Assembly (NCBI GenBank): GCA_965242965.1
Contig: OZ251518.1
Coordinates: forward strand, 768,001 to 832,000
Length of the DNA: 64,000 bases
Direction: 5' to 3'
Source of the DNA: Candidatus Poribacteria bacterium
GTDB lineage: Bacteria; Poribacteria; WGA-4E; WGA-3G
Numbering within the stretch: position 1 is the stretch's first letter; each line of letters begins with the position of its first letter. The notes beneath the pieces are model-generated. The model was not told where the DNA came from. It made no database searches and was given only the letters and a program-made list of their open reading frames with translations. Shown piece by piece: positions 47,550 through 57,559 of this stretch. The position numbers and the translations under genes were made by a program.

Positions 47550-48704
47550 ATGAATGTGATAAAATATCCGAACCAACACTTGCTTTACAAAGCCATCTAC
47601 CAGATTTACTTCCCTGCCATCCGGCCGTTTATGGCCCGGGTCTTAGTGGCACTTCCGAATCGGGAAGGAGAAGTCTCAATCCAAAACGAGGCTGATATAG
47701 ATATTAAGGATGTCCCTCATCTTTTCCGAAAGTTCTGGGCTCCGCCTGAGCATGTCCTGCTCCGCAACCCCGGGGTAGTCTACTTCGAGTCCCTTTTCGA
47801 CCGGAATAAGGACGTTCGGAGCACGATAGGGATAATAGGAGAAGCACGAAATCTCGTCGCGCATCCTGATACCCAAGACATCGATCCGGAATATGCGAGA
47901 GCGCGGCTGTATGACATCGCCGAGGTGCTCGGGTTCATCCACGCCGCCGAAGAAAAACTCGTCGTCCTCACTCTCCGCGATGAACTTATCCGTAACACCA
48001 GCGGACTGCCATTATCGCCAAGCGAGCCGCCACAAATAAGCGTTACGCCTTTTGCTGTGGCTCCGCCGGAGGAATCCCCGGCACCTATCTCTTTGCCTCA
48101 CGTCGCGGAGAGTCGTCAGGACATTGTGCCGATGCACAACGCGAATGAACATTTAGAGTTGGCCCCCGAACTCCCGTTGATTTGGGACACAATTGCCGAT
48201 GCTTATAACAACCTGACACCTGTCCGAGGTGTCGTGAAAAGACTTCGCCCTTTTGGCGCGTTTGTGAACCTCGGTGGGGTTGAGGGGTTGGTTCCCAAGT
48301 CTGAATTGACGTGGAATTGGAAGCGCATTGAGCATCCGTCGAAAGTCGTCTCTGTCGGCGATGAAGTTGAAGCCCTGGTTATCCGGGTTGATCGGGAGAA
48401 GCAGGAAATCTCGTTGAGTATGAAACAAATGACGCGAGATCCGTGGCTAGACGCTGAGGAGAAATACCCGGTCGGCGCAATAGTGCAAGGCACGGTTGTT
48501 AACGCAGTCAGTTATGGCGCGTTCCTTCAGTTAGAAGATGGCGTTGCGGGGCTCATTCACATCACCGAGATGGCTTGGGAACGCGTTAGACATCCTTCTG
48601 AAGTCGTTTCAGTTGGCGAACGGGTTGATGCTGTGGTGCTTGAAATCTCTAATCTAGATAGACGGATTTCGTTTGGACTAAGACAGTTGCAACCGAATCC
48701 CTAG
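47550..48704 (+). CDS. Swt1-like HEPN domain fused to two ribosomal-S1-type RNA-binding domains
   Basis: Rx4H motif RNLVAH in a helical N-domain, a Pro-rich linker, then two S1 repeats (FGAFVNLGGVEGLV; YGAFLQLEDGVAGLIHITEM). Start approximate. Confidence 0.8.
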   Translation: MNVIKYPNQHLLYKAIYQIYFPAIRPFMARVLVALPNREGEVSIQNEADIDIKDVPHLFRKFWAPPEHVLLRNPGVVYFESLFDRNKDVRSTIGIIGEARNLVAHPDTQDIDPEYARARLYDIAEVLGFIHAAEEKLVVLTLRDELIRNTSGLPLSPSEPPQISVTPFAVAPPEESPAPISLPHVAESRQDIVPMHNANEHLELAPELPLIWDTIADAYNNLTPVRGVVKRLRPFGAFVNLGGVEGLVPKSELTWNWKRIEHPSKVVSVGDEVEALVIRVDREKQEISLSMKQMTRDPWLDAEEKYPVGAIVQGTVVNAVSYGAFLQLEDGVAGLIHITEMAWERVRHPSEVVSVGERVDAVVLEISNLDRRISFGLRQLQPNP

Positions 48705-48740
48705 GTGCTATGCCGCGCAAAGGTAGCGGGCGGCCTCAGT

Positions 48741-49937
48741 ATGCCAAACACCCCATCCACCCAGAAACAGTTTTACTTCCTCACCTTCACGCACACGGTG
48801 TTAGATTCCTACGCGACGCTATTATCGCATCTGCTGCCGCTCCTGTTGGCAAAACTCGTCACAACGGCGGCGCGGAATAGTTTCGCCGGCACGCTTGTCT
48901 CTGTCTACAGCGTCTTCAGTTCGTTAGGACAAATCCTCTTCGGATGGCTGTCCGACCGGGTGCGGACGCTCCATTTCTTGACGTTCGGCGTTTTACTCAC
49001 CGCAGTCTGTCTAAGTCTATTAGGACTCGCGCCTTCCAAGCTGAGCGTGTATCTACTACTCGCTGTCGGCGGCCTCGGAGTCGCCGCCTTTCATCCGCAG
49101 GCGACGACTTACGCTGGCGCGCTCGCGAAGGAAGGGAGAGGGTTAGGCATCTCCATTTTCCTCACCGGCGGGAATATCGGCCGCGCTCTCGGGCCGCTGG
49201 CACTGATGGCCATCCCGTATCGGTTCGGGTTGGAATCACTCGCCTGGGGGATGATACTTGGCGTTATCGTGGCATTGTTCGTGCCAAAAGTGTTGCGCGA
49301 TGCAAGTCATTTTAACGTTTCTGTTGATGACGACGATAGAGAAATCGGCGCGCCACTGCCACCGCTCCGACGCGGCATCCTTTTGCCGCTCACTGTGCTT
49401 TTCATTATCGCCGCGTTCCGAACGGTGACAGCCGTCGGGTTAGAGAGTTTCCTATCCATTTATCTCGATAACCAAAACTATCCAGACCAGGTTCGCTCGC
49501 TCATCATCGCGCTTTTTATCTTTGCCGGTTCAGTGGGTATCATGGGTGGCGGTTGGATTTCCAATCGGGTGAACACCTATGTGCTGTTGCTCTTGTCGCT
49601 ACTCGGCGCGCCGCCGCTGCTCTACGCGTCGCTTCATTCTGATGGTGTGCTATTCCTCGTTTTCCTATTTTTAGGCAACGTCATCCTCGCGAGTTCGATC
49701 ACGATTAACATCGTGCTTGCGCAGATGCTTTTGCGGGGACGTGAAAACATAGCGTCCAGTCTGATGATGGGCGCGGCTTGGGGTGTCGGCGGGGTGTTGA
49801 ATAAACTGGTGGGCGTGCTAGGGGACAGGTTTGGGTTGCCTATCGTGTTAGATGGGTTGGTAATGTTGCCGCTATTGATGGCACCGCTCCTGATTCTCCT
49901 CCGCGATGAACCGGATTTGTCAAAGCCCCCGAAATAG
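48741..49937 (+). CDS. MFS transporter (Fsr-like)
   Basis: About 12 TM; GWLSDR, AAFHP and GGNIGRALGP motifs. Confidence 0.9.
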   Translation: MPNTPSTQKQFYFLTFTHTVLDSYATLLSHLLPLLLAKLVTTAARNSFAGTLVSVYSVFSSLGQILFGWLSDRVRTLHFLTFGVLLTAVCLSLLGLAPSKLSVYLLLAVGGLGVAAFHPQATTYAGALAKEGRGLGISIFLTGGNIGRALGPLALMAIPYRFGLESLAWGMILGVIVALFVPKVLRDASHFNVSVDDDDREIGAPLPPLRRGILLPLTVLFIIAAFRTVTAVGLESFLSIYLDNQNYPDQVRSLIIALFIFAGSVGIMGGGWISNRVNTYVLLLLSLLGAPPLLYASLHSDGVLFLVFLFLGNVILASSITINIVLAQMLLRGRENIASSLMMGAAWGVGGVLNKLVGVLGDRFGLPIVLDGLVMLPLLMAPLLILLRDEPDLSKPPK

Positions 49938-49958
49938 GGGAGAACGTCGTGCTATCCC

Positions 49959-50130
49959 AGCGCGGGGGCCTGTCCCCCGCGAATATCGCTATCTCTACCG
50001 TAGCGCGGGGGCCTGTCCCCCGCGAACATCGTGCTACGAAGATCGCAGCGCGGGGGCCTGTCCCCCGCGAGTGTTCGCTATCTCTACCGTAACGCGGGGG
50101 CCTGTCCCCCGCGAACATCGCGCTACGAGA
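49959..50130. repeat. Tandem GTAG-REP hairpins
   Basis: Four gcgggggcctgtcccccgcga copies. Confidence 0.9.
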
Positions 50131-50151
50131 AACGCCGTTAAACGCGAACCA

Positions 50152-51264
50152 TCAAAAACGCCACAACAAACTCAGAAAATGCGTATTGATAATATCGCCG
50201 ATGAGGAGCGCGTAATCAAGGCGGAACTGACGCAACTGCACCCCCACGCCGCTCGTCAACCCACCGGAGCGATAACCCATCCGGAGTGCCAACGGCGCGC
50301 TGAGGTGATATTCCGCGCCGAGGTGCGTTTGCCCGCCATAGCGTCCCTGCCACTGATAGGAGACGATGAGTTCCCGGTTGAAAACGCGACGGTTAGAATA
50401 CGCCAGCCCGAGGTTCACATTCGCCGGAATCGACTCTTTGTAAGTTGCAAACGGCGTGTTCCACGTCAGCGTCGTCTGTGAGATGTCTTGCCAATTGATG
50501 CCGAATGCGAAACTGCCGACTTGCAAACCAAAAAGCGCGTTGAGATCTGGGATACGGATGAGCATCCCGGCATCAAATCCATAGCCGCTGCTGCCGTAAT
50601 TGTAGATTGCAGCAGATGCCTCGTCTAGACTGCCCCCATCGTTGATGCGCTGCGAAATCCACTTCGTGTTAAGCCCAATGAGGAACTCTGGCGGCAACGA
50701 CTCTCTCCCGAAATTATCCCACCACGATTGACTGACGACGAACCGCTTCGCGAGGGTAAGGACATACGCGTTTTCGCTATCGCTGAGGTAACCTGTCGGG
50801 ATAAAATCTTGCTCTTTCGGACGCAGTCGCTCAATGTTTTTCCGTGCATCTGCGCTGATATTTTCGTCAAACGCAGGAATAGTCGGGTAAATCGGAATAT
50901 CGTCAATCCCGGCGCGAATCCACGAAACCCCAACGGCGAGGTTCGGGACGATGTGCCGAACGCCGCTCACATAGTTAAACGCGCCTAACCCCGAACGCCG
51001 GGCGGCGTGCATCAAACAGACTTGATTGGCGGTGGCAGTGCCACCTTCCGCTGTCGTTGCTTGTTGACGTGCAACGCTTGCGATGCCTGCAGGATTCCAG
51101 TAGGTTGCCGTGGCATCGTCCGCGATGCTGACATAGGCACCGCCGAGCCCGAGGGCGCGGCCGCCAACGCCGTTCGTCAAAAAATCCCCGGTATAGTTTT
51201 CCGCTGATGCCGCTAAAACGGCGATGCAACTCCAGCCGATCAGCAGCAGAATTTTCTTAGCCAA
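50152..51264 (-). CDS. PorV/PorQ-like outer-membrane beta-barrel protein
   Basis: Signal peptide, GVGGRALGLGGAYVSIADDATATYWNPAG and C-terminal Phe. TTG start inferred from an AAGGA SD. Confidence 0.85.
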   Translation of the reverse strand: MAKKILLLIGWSCIAVLAASAENYTGDFLTNGVGGRALGLGGAYVSIADDATATYWNPAGIASVARQQATTAEGGTATANQVCLMHAARRSGLGAFNYVSGVRHIVPNLAVGVSWIRAGIDDIPIYPTIPAFDENISADARKNIERLRPKEQDFIPTGYLSDSENAYVLTLAKRFVVSQSWWDNFGRESLPPEFLIGLNTKWISQRINDGGSLDEASAAIYNYGSSGYGFDAGMLIRIPDLNALFGLQVGSFAFGINWQDISQTTLTWNTPFATYKESIPANVNLGLAYSNRRVFNRELIVSYQWQGRYGGQTHLGAEYHLSAPLALRMGYRSGGLTSGVGVQLRQFRLDYALLIGDIINTHFLSLLWRF

Positions 51265-51322
51265 TGCTTTCTGTTTCCTTCTCGTTTTTTGGATAAACCT
51301 AACGCTTAATCCCAGATTAACT

Positions 51323-51770
51323 GAGGGTGTTTCATCTATCAATGCCTTCCCAGTAGGAGAGACCTCCTGGTCTCGATGCAATACCGTAGGTGCTCCCTCC
51401 GGGTCTTGATTTTCCCGTAGCGCGGGGGCCCTCGGATGCCATCCGCGCATCCGAGCGGGTTTCCCCCGCGAGCGTTGGATTGCGCGAGCGATGGCGAGGG
51501 ACAGGCCCTCGCCCTACGGTGAGGGACAGGCGTTTTTTCCCGTAGCGCGGGGGCCCTCGGATGCCATCCGCGCATCCGAGCGGGTTTCCCCCGCGAGCGT
51601 TGGATTGCGCGAGCGATGGCGAGGGACAGGCCCTCGCCCTACGGTGAGGGACAGGCGTTTTTTCTCGTAGCGCGGGGGCCCTCGCCTTACGACGAAGGGG
51701 ACCTTCTGCCGCCGCGGTCCCGGTAGGCGCGCCTCCCTAATGCATCGAGACCAGGAGGTCTCTCCTACGG
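51323..51770. repeat. REP mosaic with a 125-bp tandem duplication
   Basis: Left end gagggtgtttcat; GTAG at 51417, 51542 and 51667. Confidence 0.9.
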
Positions 51771-51791
51771 GAAAATCACGACCTGGGGTGC

Positions 51792-52667
51792 CTACCGGGC
51801 GTGTTCCATCCGATTCAACTCAAAAGCGTTCCAATAGTATTGATACTTCGTGGAATGCCAATCGGCGTAAATCTCATCCCAACCCATCCGATTAAAATGC
51901 GGCAGTAACGAACCCTCCGTGACAGGCTTGGAGCCTCCCTGATACCGGTAATCCACCGAGAGGCGAATCCGTTCTGCTGTCTGATTCGGCAGTGCCTTAT
52001 GCACGGTGTGGCTATGAAAGAAGAGCGCGTCGCCGAGCGCGAAATCTCCCGCCACCCACTCAAGGCCGTCTGCCTCCAACGGCGCGGTATCAATGCCGAG
52101 TCCGCCTGCGCCGTGTGCCGGCTTCACCGGGAATATACCGAACCGATGTGAACCAGCAAGCACTGACAACCCACCTAACTCTTCCGGGCACGCGCCGAGC
52201 GGAATCCACCCCGTGTAGGTATCTTCCGTGCCGCGGATGTGGATGTAATCCTGATGCGCGGGGGTTGTATATTTAGTGTTTTCTGGGAACATAATTCTTC
52301 CAATATTCCGCGGATGCACGAGCGTCTTCTCGCCGAATAGCTTGTCGCATACGTCCAAAATCGCCGGGTGATGCGCGAAGGCGTGGAACGATTCAAGCCG
52401 TTGGAATTTGTCTAAAACGGGCCAATATCCGTCATCGCCTTCCATGAAAGGCGTGCTGGTGCGGATAGCGTCCATCAGGTTTTCGCCGCCTTCTACCCAT
52501 CCGTGGCGGTGGCAGATTTCTAGGAAATCTCGCCGCAGATTGAGGATAGACTCGGCATCAATGAGCCCGCGGAAGTAGAGGTAGCCGTCTTGTCTCGCCT
52601 GCTCTCGCAGTTTCTCGGCATCCTCTATCAGTGGATTTGAGACGGTAAAGGGTTTGATTTGTGTCAT
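51792..52667 (-). CDS. Phytanoyl-CoA dioxygenase family protein
   Basis: DGYLYFRG, TPAHQD, WIPLG, GSH, HSHTVH and RLSVDYRY. Confidence 0.92.
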   Translation of the reverse strand: MTQIKPFTVSNPLIEDAEKLREQARQDGYLYFRGLIDAESILNLRRDFLEICHRHGWVEGGENLMDAIRTSTPFMEGDDGYWPVLDKFQRLESFHAFAHHPAILDVCDKLFGEKTLVHPRNIGRIMFPENTKYTTPAHQDYIHIRGTEDTYTGWIPLGACPEELGGLSVLAGSHRFGIFPVKPAHGAGGLGIDTAPLEADGLEWVAGDFALGDALFFHSHTVHKALPNQTAERIRLSVDYRYQGGSKPVTEGSLLPHFNRMGWDEIYADWHSTKYQYYWNAFELNRMEHAR

Positions 52668-52813
52668 CGTGTTCTCCTTATCAAATTCTCTATCAATTAT
52701 ACCATCAAAACCGATGGTGTGTCAACAAAATTGTTGCCGCCGCAAAATTTCCTTGCGCTCTTCTCCGTTTTCAGGTAAACTATGATGAATTCCATTGACG
52801 AGGCACGCTCGCG

Positions 52814-53095
52814 ATGCTATTTATTTTTTTTGTCGTCCTCATCCCGATTGCGGTTTGGCTGGTTTTGCATTTCGTATCCCGGCGCGAGGCGGATGACGAA
52901 GCACTCCCGAAAGTCCCGATGGAGGTGTGCGCGCTCTGCCAAAACGAATTCCCGATGGAGCAGCTGCTTGAAAAAGAGGTGGGCGGCTACGGCAGAGTCT
53001 ACTGTTTCTGTGGGCAATGCATTGAGAATTTAAACCGCGAATATCAAGAGACGCGCGCTCACAGCACGCCTACCGAACACACCGAAACCGAATAG
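52814..53095 (+). CDS. Small membrane-anchored protein with a CxxC...CxxC putative zinc finger
   Basis: N-terminal TM; CALC and CGQC. Confidence 0.7.
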   Translation: MLFIFFVVLIPIAVWLVLHFVSRREADDEALPKVPMEVCALCQNEFPMEQLLEKEVGGYGRVYCFCGQCIENLNREYQETRAHSTPTEHTETE

Positions 53096-53107
53096 GATAG
53101 GATGCCG

Positions 53108-53236
53108 GTAGGAGGGACATCCCTGTCCCGATACGAACTAGTAGGAGGGACATCCTTGTCCCGATACGAACCAGTAGGAGGGACATCCCTGTCCCGATAC
53201 GAACCAGTAGGAGGGACATCCCTGTCCCGATACGAA
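53108..53236 (+). repeat. Four tandem 33-bp GTAG-REP units
   Basis: GTAGGAGGGACATCCCTGTCCCGATACGAACCA at 53108, 53141, 53174 and 53207. Confidence 0.95.
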
Positions 53237-53250
53237 GAGGAGATTTTTCT

Positions 53251-54294
53251 ATGTATGATTTGATAACCTTTGGCGAAGCGATGATTCGCCTGACAGCACC
53301 AGAGTTTATGCGGCTTGAGCAGACAGACACTCTCTCGATTACCGCTGGCGGCGCGGAGATGAATGTTGCCGTGAACGCCGCACAACTCGGCTTGAAAACC
53401 GCCTGGGTATCGAGGCTTGTTGACAATTGGAGTGGCCGCTATATCCGCAACAAAGGCCGCGAACTCGGCGTGGATATGTCCAACATCGTTTGGGTGGATT
53501 TTGACGGTGTTGGATTGGAACGCAACGGATTTTATCACTTGGAATTAGGCGCGGGACCGCGTGCCAGCAGCGTCACTTACGATAGAGCATATTCGGCGAT
53601 GTCCAACGTGCAACTCGGCGAGATTGACTGGGCATCCATTTTTAGTGGCGCGCGATGGTTTCACCTCAGCGGGATAACACCGGCGTTGTCGGAATCGGCG
53701 GCGGCTGTCGCGGCAGAGGCATTGCAGGCAGCGCGTGCAGCGGGAGTCAAAACCAGTTACGATCTGAACTTCCGCTCTAAATTGTGGAGCGCAGAACAGG
53801 CGCAAGCGGCGAACCGGCCGATGATGGAGCATGTCTCTGTCCTCATTGGTAACGAAGAGGATTTCGAGAAATCCCTCGGCTTCGCAGCCGAAGGCACGAC
53901 AGAAGCATACAGCAAGCTTGAACCCGACAGTTACAAAAACGTCGCGCAGCGTGTCAAGGACGCGTTCCCGAACATCGAGATAATCGGCACGACGCTACGC
54001 GATGCCAAAACCGGCTGGCTCAATGACTGGCGCACCTTGCTTTTCGATGGCGAGGAATTCTACCTCTCGCGCATCTACGAAGATTTAGAATTAGTAGACA
54101 GGGTTGGCGGCGGCGATAGTTTCTCGGCGGGATTAATTTACAGCCTGCTGAACGGAAAATCGCCGCAGGCTTCTGTCGATTTCGCGGGCGGCTATTCCGC
54201 CTTAGCGCACACTTTCCCCGGCGATTTCAATTGGGCAACCGCCGAGGAGGCAGAGAAAGCGATGCAGGCAGGCGGCGTTCGGATTAGCCGTTAA
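53251..54294 (+). CDS. PfkB-family sugar kinase (2-keto-3-deoxygluconate kinase-like)
   Basis: FGEAMIRL, GGAEMNVA, HLSGITPALS, DLNFRSKLW and DRVGGGDSF. Confidence 0.92.
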   Translation: MYDLITFGEAMIRLTAPEFMRLEQTDTLSITAGGAEMNVAVNAAQLGLKTAWVSRLVDNWSGRYIRNKGRELGVDMSNIVWVDFDGVGLERNGFYHLELGAGPRASSVTYDRAYSAMSNVQLGEIDWASIFSGARWFHLSGITPALSESAAAVAAEALQAARAAGVKTSYDLNFRSKLWSAEQAQAANRPMMEHVSVLIGNEEDFEKSLGFAAEGTTEAYSKLEPDSYKNVAQRVKDAFPNIEIIGTTLRDAKTGWLNDWRTLLFDGEEFYLSRIYEDLELVDRVGGGDSFSAGLIYSLLNGKSPQASVDFAGGYSALAHTFPGDFNWATAEEAEKAMQAGGVRISR

Positions 54295-54349
54295 GGCTTG
54301 TTATCCGCAGGCGGGAACGCGAGTTCCCGCCATGCCTTCTGCCTGCATT

Positions 54350-54583
54350 TCAAGCCGTTTGAACCTCGGTAAACGAAAGCATATTTGCCTTACCGCATCC
54401 TAAAATTGCATCTTGAACGAAAGTGGTTGCATTGAGAATCTCAATGCCGATGAGTTCACCCGCCTCGTTCAATTCCGCCGTGATGTCAGGGCTCAGTTCA
54501 AGACTGCCTCTTTCTGGTCCTTCCGAAATCACGAGGTGTAATATGTCTTCTTGTTCAAAATATCTCAACTTTGCCTTAGTCAA
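54350..54583 (-). CDS. DUF2283 domain protein (orphan)
   Basis: RYFEQEDILHL...GELIGIEILNA; TTG start with GGGAGG SD. Confidence 0.8.
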   Translation of the reverse strand: MTKAKLRYFEQEDILHLVISEGPERGSLELSPDITAELNEAGELIGIEILNATTFVQDAILGCGKANMLSFTEVQTA

Positions 54584-54599
54584 CGGTATACCTCCCCAT

Positions 54600-54955
54600 A
54601 GAAAAGCGAGGGGGGCGCATCGGGCCCACCTCTGTAGTTCGGGAGCACCCGCTCCCGAACGGTTCAGGATCGCTTGGCAGGTATGCCAGAGCTTCAGACG
54701 ATCCTGACCTACAGGGGTGAGTCTGTCAGCCAAACGCACGGCGAGGGCCTGTCCATCGCCCTACGCGGAAGGGGGCCGTTTTTCGACCAAGAAACCCTCC
54801 TGGTACCGTAGCGCGGGGGCCTGTCCCCCGCGAACATCCGGTAGACCGCAGCATGGCGAGGGCCTGTCCCTCGCCCTACGTGAAGCGGCGGCGTTTTTTT
54901 CACCGCATCGCGGGGGACTGTCGCCGCGACGTTGAGCGATTTATGAAACACCCTC
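54600..54955. mobile_element. REP mosaic, reverse-orientation relative of the 37636 element
   Basis: Same modules in reverse order; end tttatgaaacaccctc. Confidence 0.8.
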
Positions 54956-54988
54956 ATAGGAATGGAAGACTGCAACCGGAGAGTTCGG

Positions 54989-55969
54989 CTACGCATCGTC
55001 TTCCTGCACTTCGTCGCGCTCGGGGGCATACAAGCGGTAAATCCCACGTCTTACCCACCAATAATATTGGTAGGCCCCGGGATGATAAACGTATGACCGC
55101 ACATTGGGACATCCTGCATTAAGCTGCCCCTGCAATGTACGAGAATTGAAATTGGGATACTCCTGCCTGACATGTGCCAGGAGCTCTCTGGGCGTAAATT
55201 CAACGTTTGTGTCTCCATCTGTGAGTTCACGCGCTGCTTCCAACACCACATCTCTTACCAAGCGGTCATCCGACCACCGAACTGAAATGCTGGAGGCTAT
55301 GCTTCCACCTGTTGAGGGGTTGTCGCTTGACTGCGGCGGGGTTTGGGGAGTCGCCCGCAGCAGAACTTTGAGGGTGGCGTTTTCTTCTCCTCCAACCTTC
55401 GCTTCCGTAGTGACGAGCACATCTTCCAATTCGGTTTCAAAGGTTGAAACAACTATACAGTTAATGTCCATGTCATGCGAGTCCCGGAGAAATTGGCACA
55501 CCTTCAGGATCCTATCCGGAATTCTCTGCGCTATGATGAATAAGCGCAAACTCCGATTTAACGGCGGAACCTCGTCGGTGTCAAACTCTTCGCAAAAAGC
55601 GGCTTGAAATTTACCGCGTGTCTGGGAATAAGCATCCCCTAACTGGTGAATCTCCTCGTCGGTAAGCGTCTTTGCCCAAGCCGCATATTCCAGCAGCTGC
55701 GCTACGACTTCACGTGGAGCCTTGTCCTTCTTTAGCTCGACAATGACAAGATTTCCTTCAATGTCAACGCCGAGCAGGTCGGGAAAGACGGTGGTGCTTT
55801 CAACTGTCGCACTGGTTTGTCTGCCAATCCAGATGAGAGACTCGCCGGTAAGTGCCCACGGGCTATTTTCTAGCCAATTCTCCAGATGGCTTTCCAATTC
55901 AATAGCCTTTTCATTCGCGATGACGAGCCTCGCGTCGGCACCGTCACCTTCTAATCTAAACAGAGACAT
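54989..55969 (-). CDS. NucS/DUF91-like PD-(D/E)xK endonuclease with a C-terminal winged-helix-like domain
   Basis: LESHLENWL, IGRQ, PDLLGVD..GNLVIVELK and VAQLLEYAAW; GGAGG SD. Confidence 0.85.
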   Translation of the reverse strand: MSLFRLEGDGADARLVIANEKAIELESHLENWLENSPWALTGESLIWIGRQTSATVESTTVFPDLLGVDIEGNLVIVELKKDKAPREVVAQLLEYAAWAKTLTDEEIHQLGDAYSQTRGKFQAAFCEEFDTDEVPPLNRSLRLFIIAQRIPDRILKVCQFLRDSHDMDINCIVVSTFETELEDVLVTTEAKVGGEENATLKVLLRATPQTPPQSSDNPSTGGSIASSISVRWSDDRLVRDVVLEAARELTDGDTNVEFTPRELLAHVRQEYPNFNSRTLQGQLNAGCPNVRSYVYHPGAYQYYWWVRRGIYRLYAPERDEVQEDDA

Positions 55970-56121
55970 TGTTTCCTCCATAGGCGGAGTTCTTGGCACC
56001 TCGCGCGCAAGCGCGGCTTGCCAAAACCCCGCAATTTTCGTTTGTGAATTTCATAACGGCAAGTTAACAAGCAACCACATAATCCTGCTAATCTTACTAA
56101 TCTTGGCCATCCTGCTTCAGA

Positions 56122-57357
56122 TTACGTATGCCGCAGTGCGTCAATCGGTGCCATCTTCGCCGCTTGACTCGCAGGATAGTAACCGAAGAAAATGCCCACC
56201 GCCGCCGCCGCCCCAACCGCAGTCAGCACCGACTTTAAGGTAATGACGGATGGCCATTGAAAGCCGAAGAACTTCCCAACTACCCACGCGAAACCTTGTC
56301 CGGTAATCGCGCCTAGCACAATGCCTAGCAGACTGCCGACGAGGCACAGAATCACCGACTCTGTCAGGAATTGGATGCGAATGTCGAACGACTTCGCGCC
56401 GACTGCTTTCCGAAGCCCAATCTCCGGAATCCGTTCTGTCACCGAGACGAGCATGATGTTCAGGATACCGATGCCGGCGACAATCAAGGCGACGGAGGCG
56501 ATGATAACCAGCACCATTTCTATGACGAAAATCGTCTGTTTTGCGGACTTAATGCCCTGCTTCGCCGACCAGGTGCGGAAAAACGTGTCATCCCCGCTGT
56601 GGTTGCGCCGCAAAATGGTTTTCACCTCTTTGAGTGCCTGTTCGACTACCGCCGGGCTTTTCGCGCGCGCCATGATAGCGCCGACGTTTTTGCTACCCCA
56701 AAATCGGTTTTGGGCTGTGGTAATCGGAATGAATATCATGTTGTCGTCACTTCTACCCTCCTCTAACCCATCGCCGCGGCTCTCCATAACGCCGACGACG
56801 GTGAAGCGTCTGCCGTTAATCGCGACCTCCTTGCCGAGCGGGTCCGCGCCTTTAAACTGCTCCTCCCAAACTTTTGAGCCGATGACACAGACTTTCGTCC
56901 AGAAACTCATGTCTGAATCGGCGAGGAATCTACCGTATTGGGTTTTCCACTGGCGCACCTCTTGGTATTCGCGCGTCGTCGCACGCATATAGGTTTCCCG
57001 ATGTCGCCCATCAACTTTGAAATCAATGTAATAACTCGTCTCCACGGTGGCGAATTCCACGGAGGGGCATTCTTCCCGAATTGCGCGCAAGTCGCGCATT
57101 TCCAATTTATGCGGACTCGTATTGCGCCGCCAACGGCCGTTCACCTCAACCCAACCGGGCCGGTAAACGCCGAACATACTGGGTCCGCCGATTTTCTCGA
57201 TTTCCGACATGATGAGTCTTTCCGCGCCTGCGCCGATGGACATCATCGCAATCACGCCCGCGATGCCGATCATGATGCCTAAAAGCGTTAAGAGGGTGCG
57301 AAGTTTGCTTGCGCCCAGCACGGAAAACGCCGAGATAAAATTTTCAAGGAGTTTCAT
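56122..57357 (-). CDS. ABC transporter permease, MacB/FtsX family
   Basis: LRTLLTLLGIMIG, GILNIMLVSVTERIPEIGLRKAVGA and FFGYYPA...PIDALR. Confidence 0.95.
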   Translation of the reverse strand: MKLLENFISAFSVLGASKLRTLLTLLGIMIGIAGVIAMMSIGAGAERLIMSEIEKIGGPSMFGVYRPGWVEVNGRWRRNTSPHKLEMRDLRAIREECPSVEFATVETSYYIDFKVDGRHRETYMRATTREYQEVRQWKTQYGRFLADSDMSFWTKVCVIGSKVWEEQFKGADPLGKEVAINGRRFTVVGVMESRGDGLEEGRSDDNMIFIPITTAQNRFWGSKNVGAIMARAKSPAVVEQALKEVKTILRRNHSGDDTFFRTWSAKQGIKSAKQTIFVIEMVLVIIASVALIVAGIGILNIMLVSVTERIPEIGLRKAVGAKSFDIRIQFLTESVILCLVGSLLGIVLGAITGQGFAWVVGKFFGFQWPSVITLKSVLTAVGAAAAVGIFFGYYPASQAAKMAPIDALRHT

Positions 57358-57559
57358 GTTTCTCTATTTTCCTTGCATGAATTCCCGAAGGCTGCTAAAC
57401 TATGTATGAGACGCGCCCTCGCGAATTAACGTTTGATAGTAGTATACCATAAAAATTTTGACGATGCAAGTTTTTAATTTTTATCTCGGTAGACGCGGTT
57501 TGTAACCGCGCGTTTTGGAGATGCACGCTTGCAAAGCGAATTTTGAAGGCAGATGACTC

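Noticed and set aside
47319-48704. Ribosomal protein S1 gene (rpsA), and the 461-aa call starting at 47319
   Set aside because: Only two S1 domains plus an unrelated N-domain are present. The called TTG start is the -35 box of a promoter.
53108-53236. CRISPR array
   Set aside because: The units are contiguous with no unique spacers, they are GTAG-REP hairpins, and there are no cas genes in the window.
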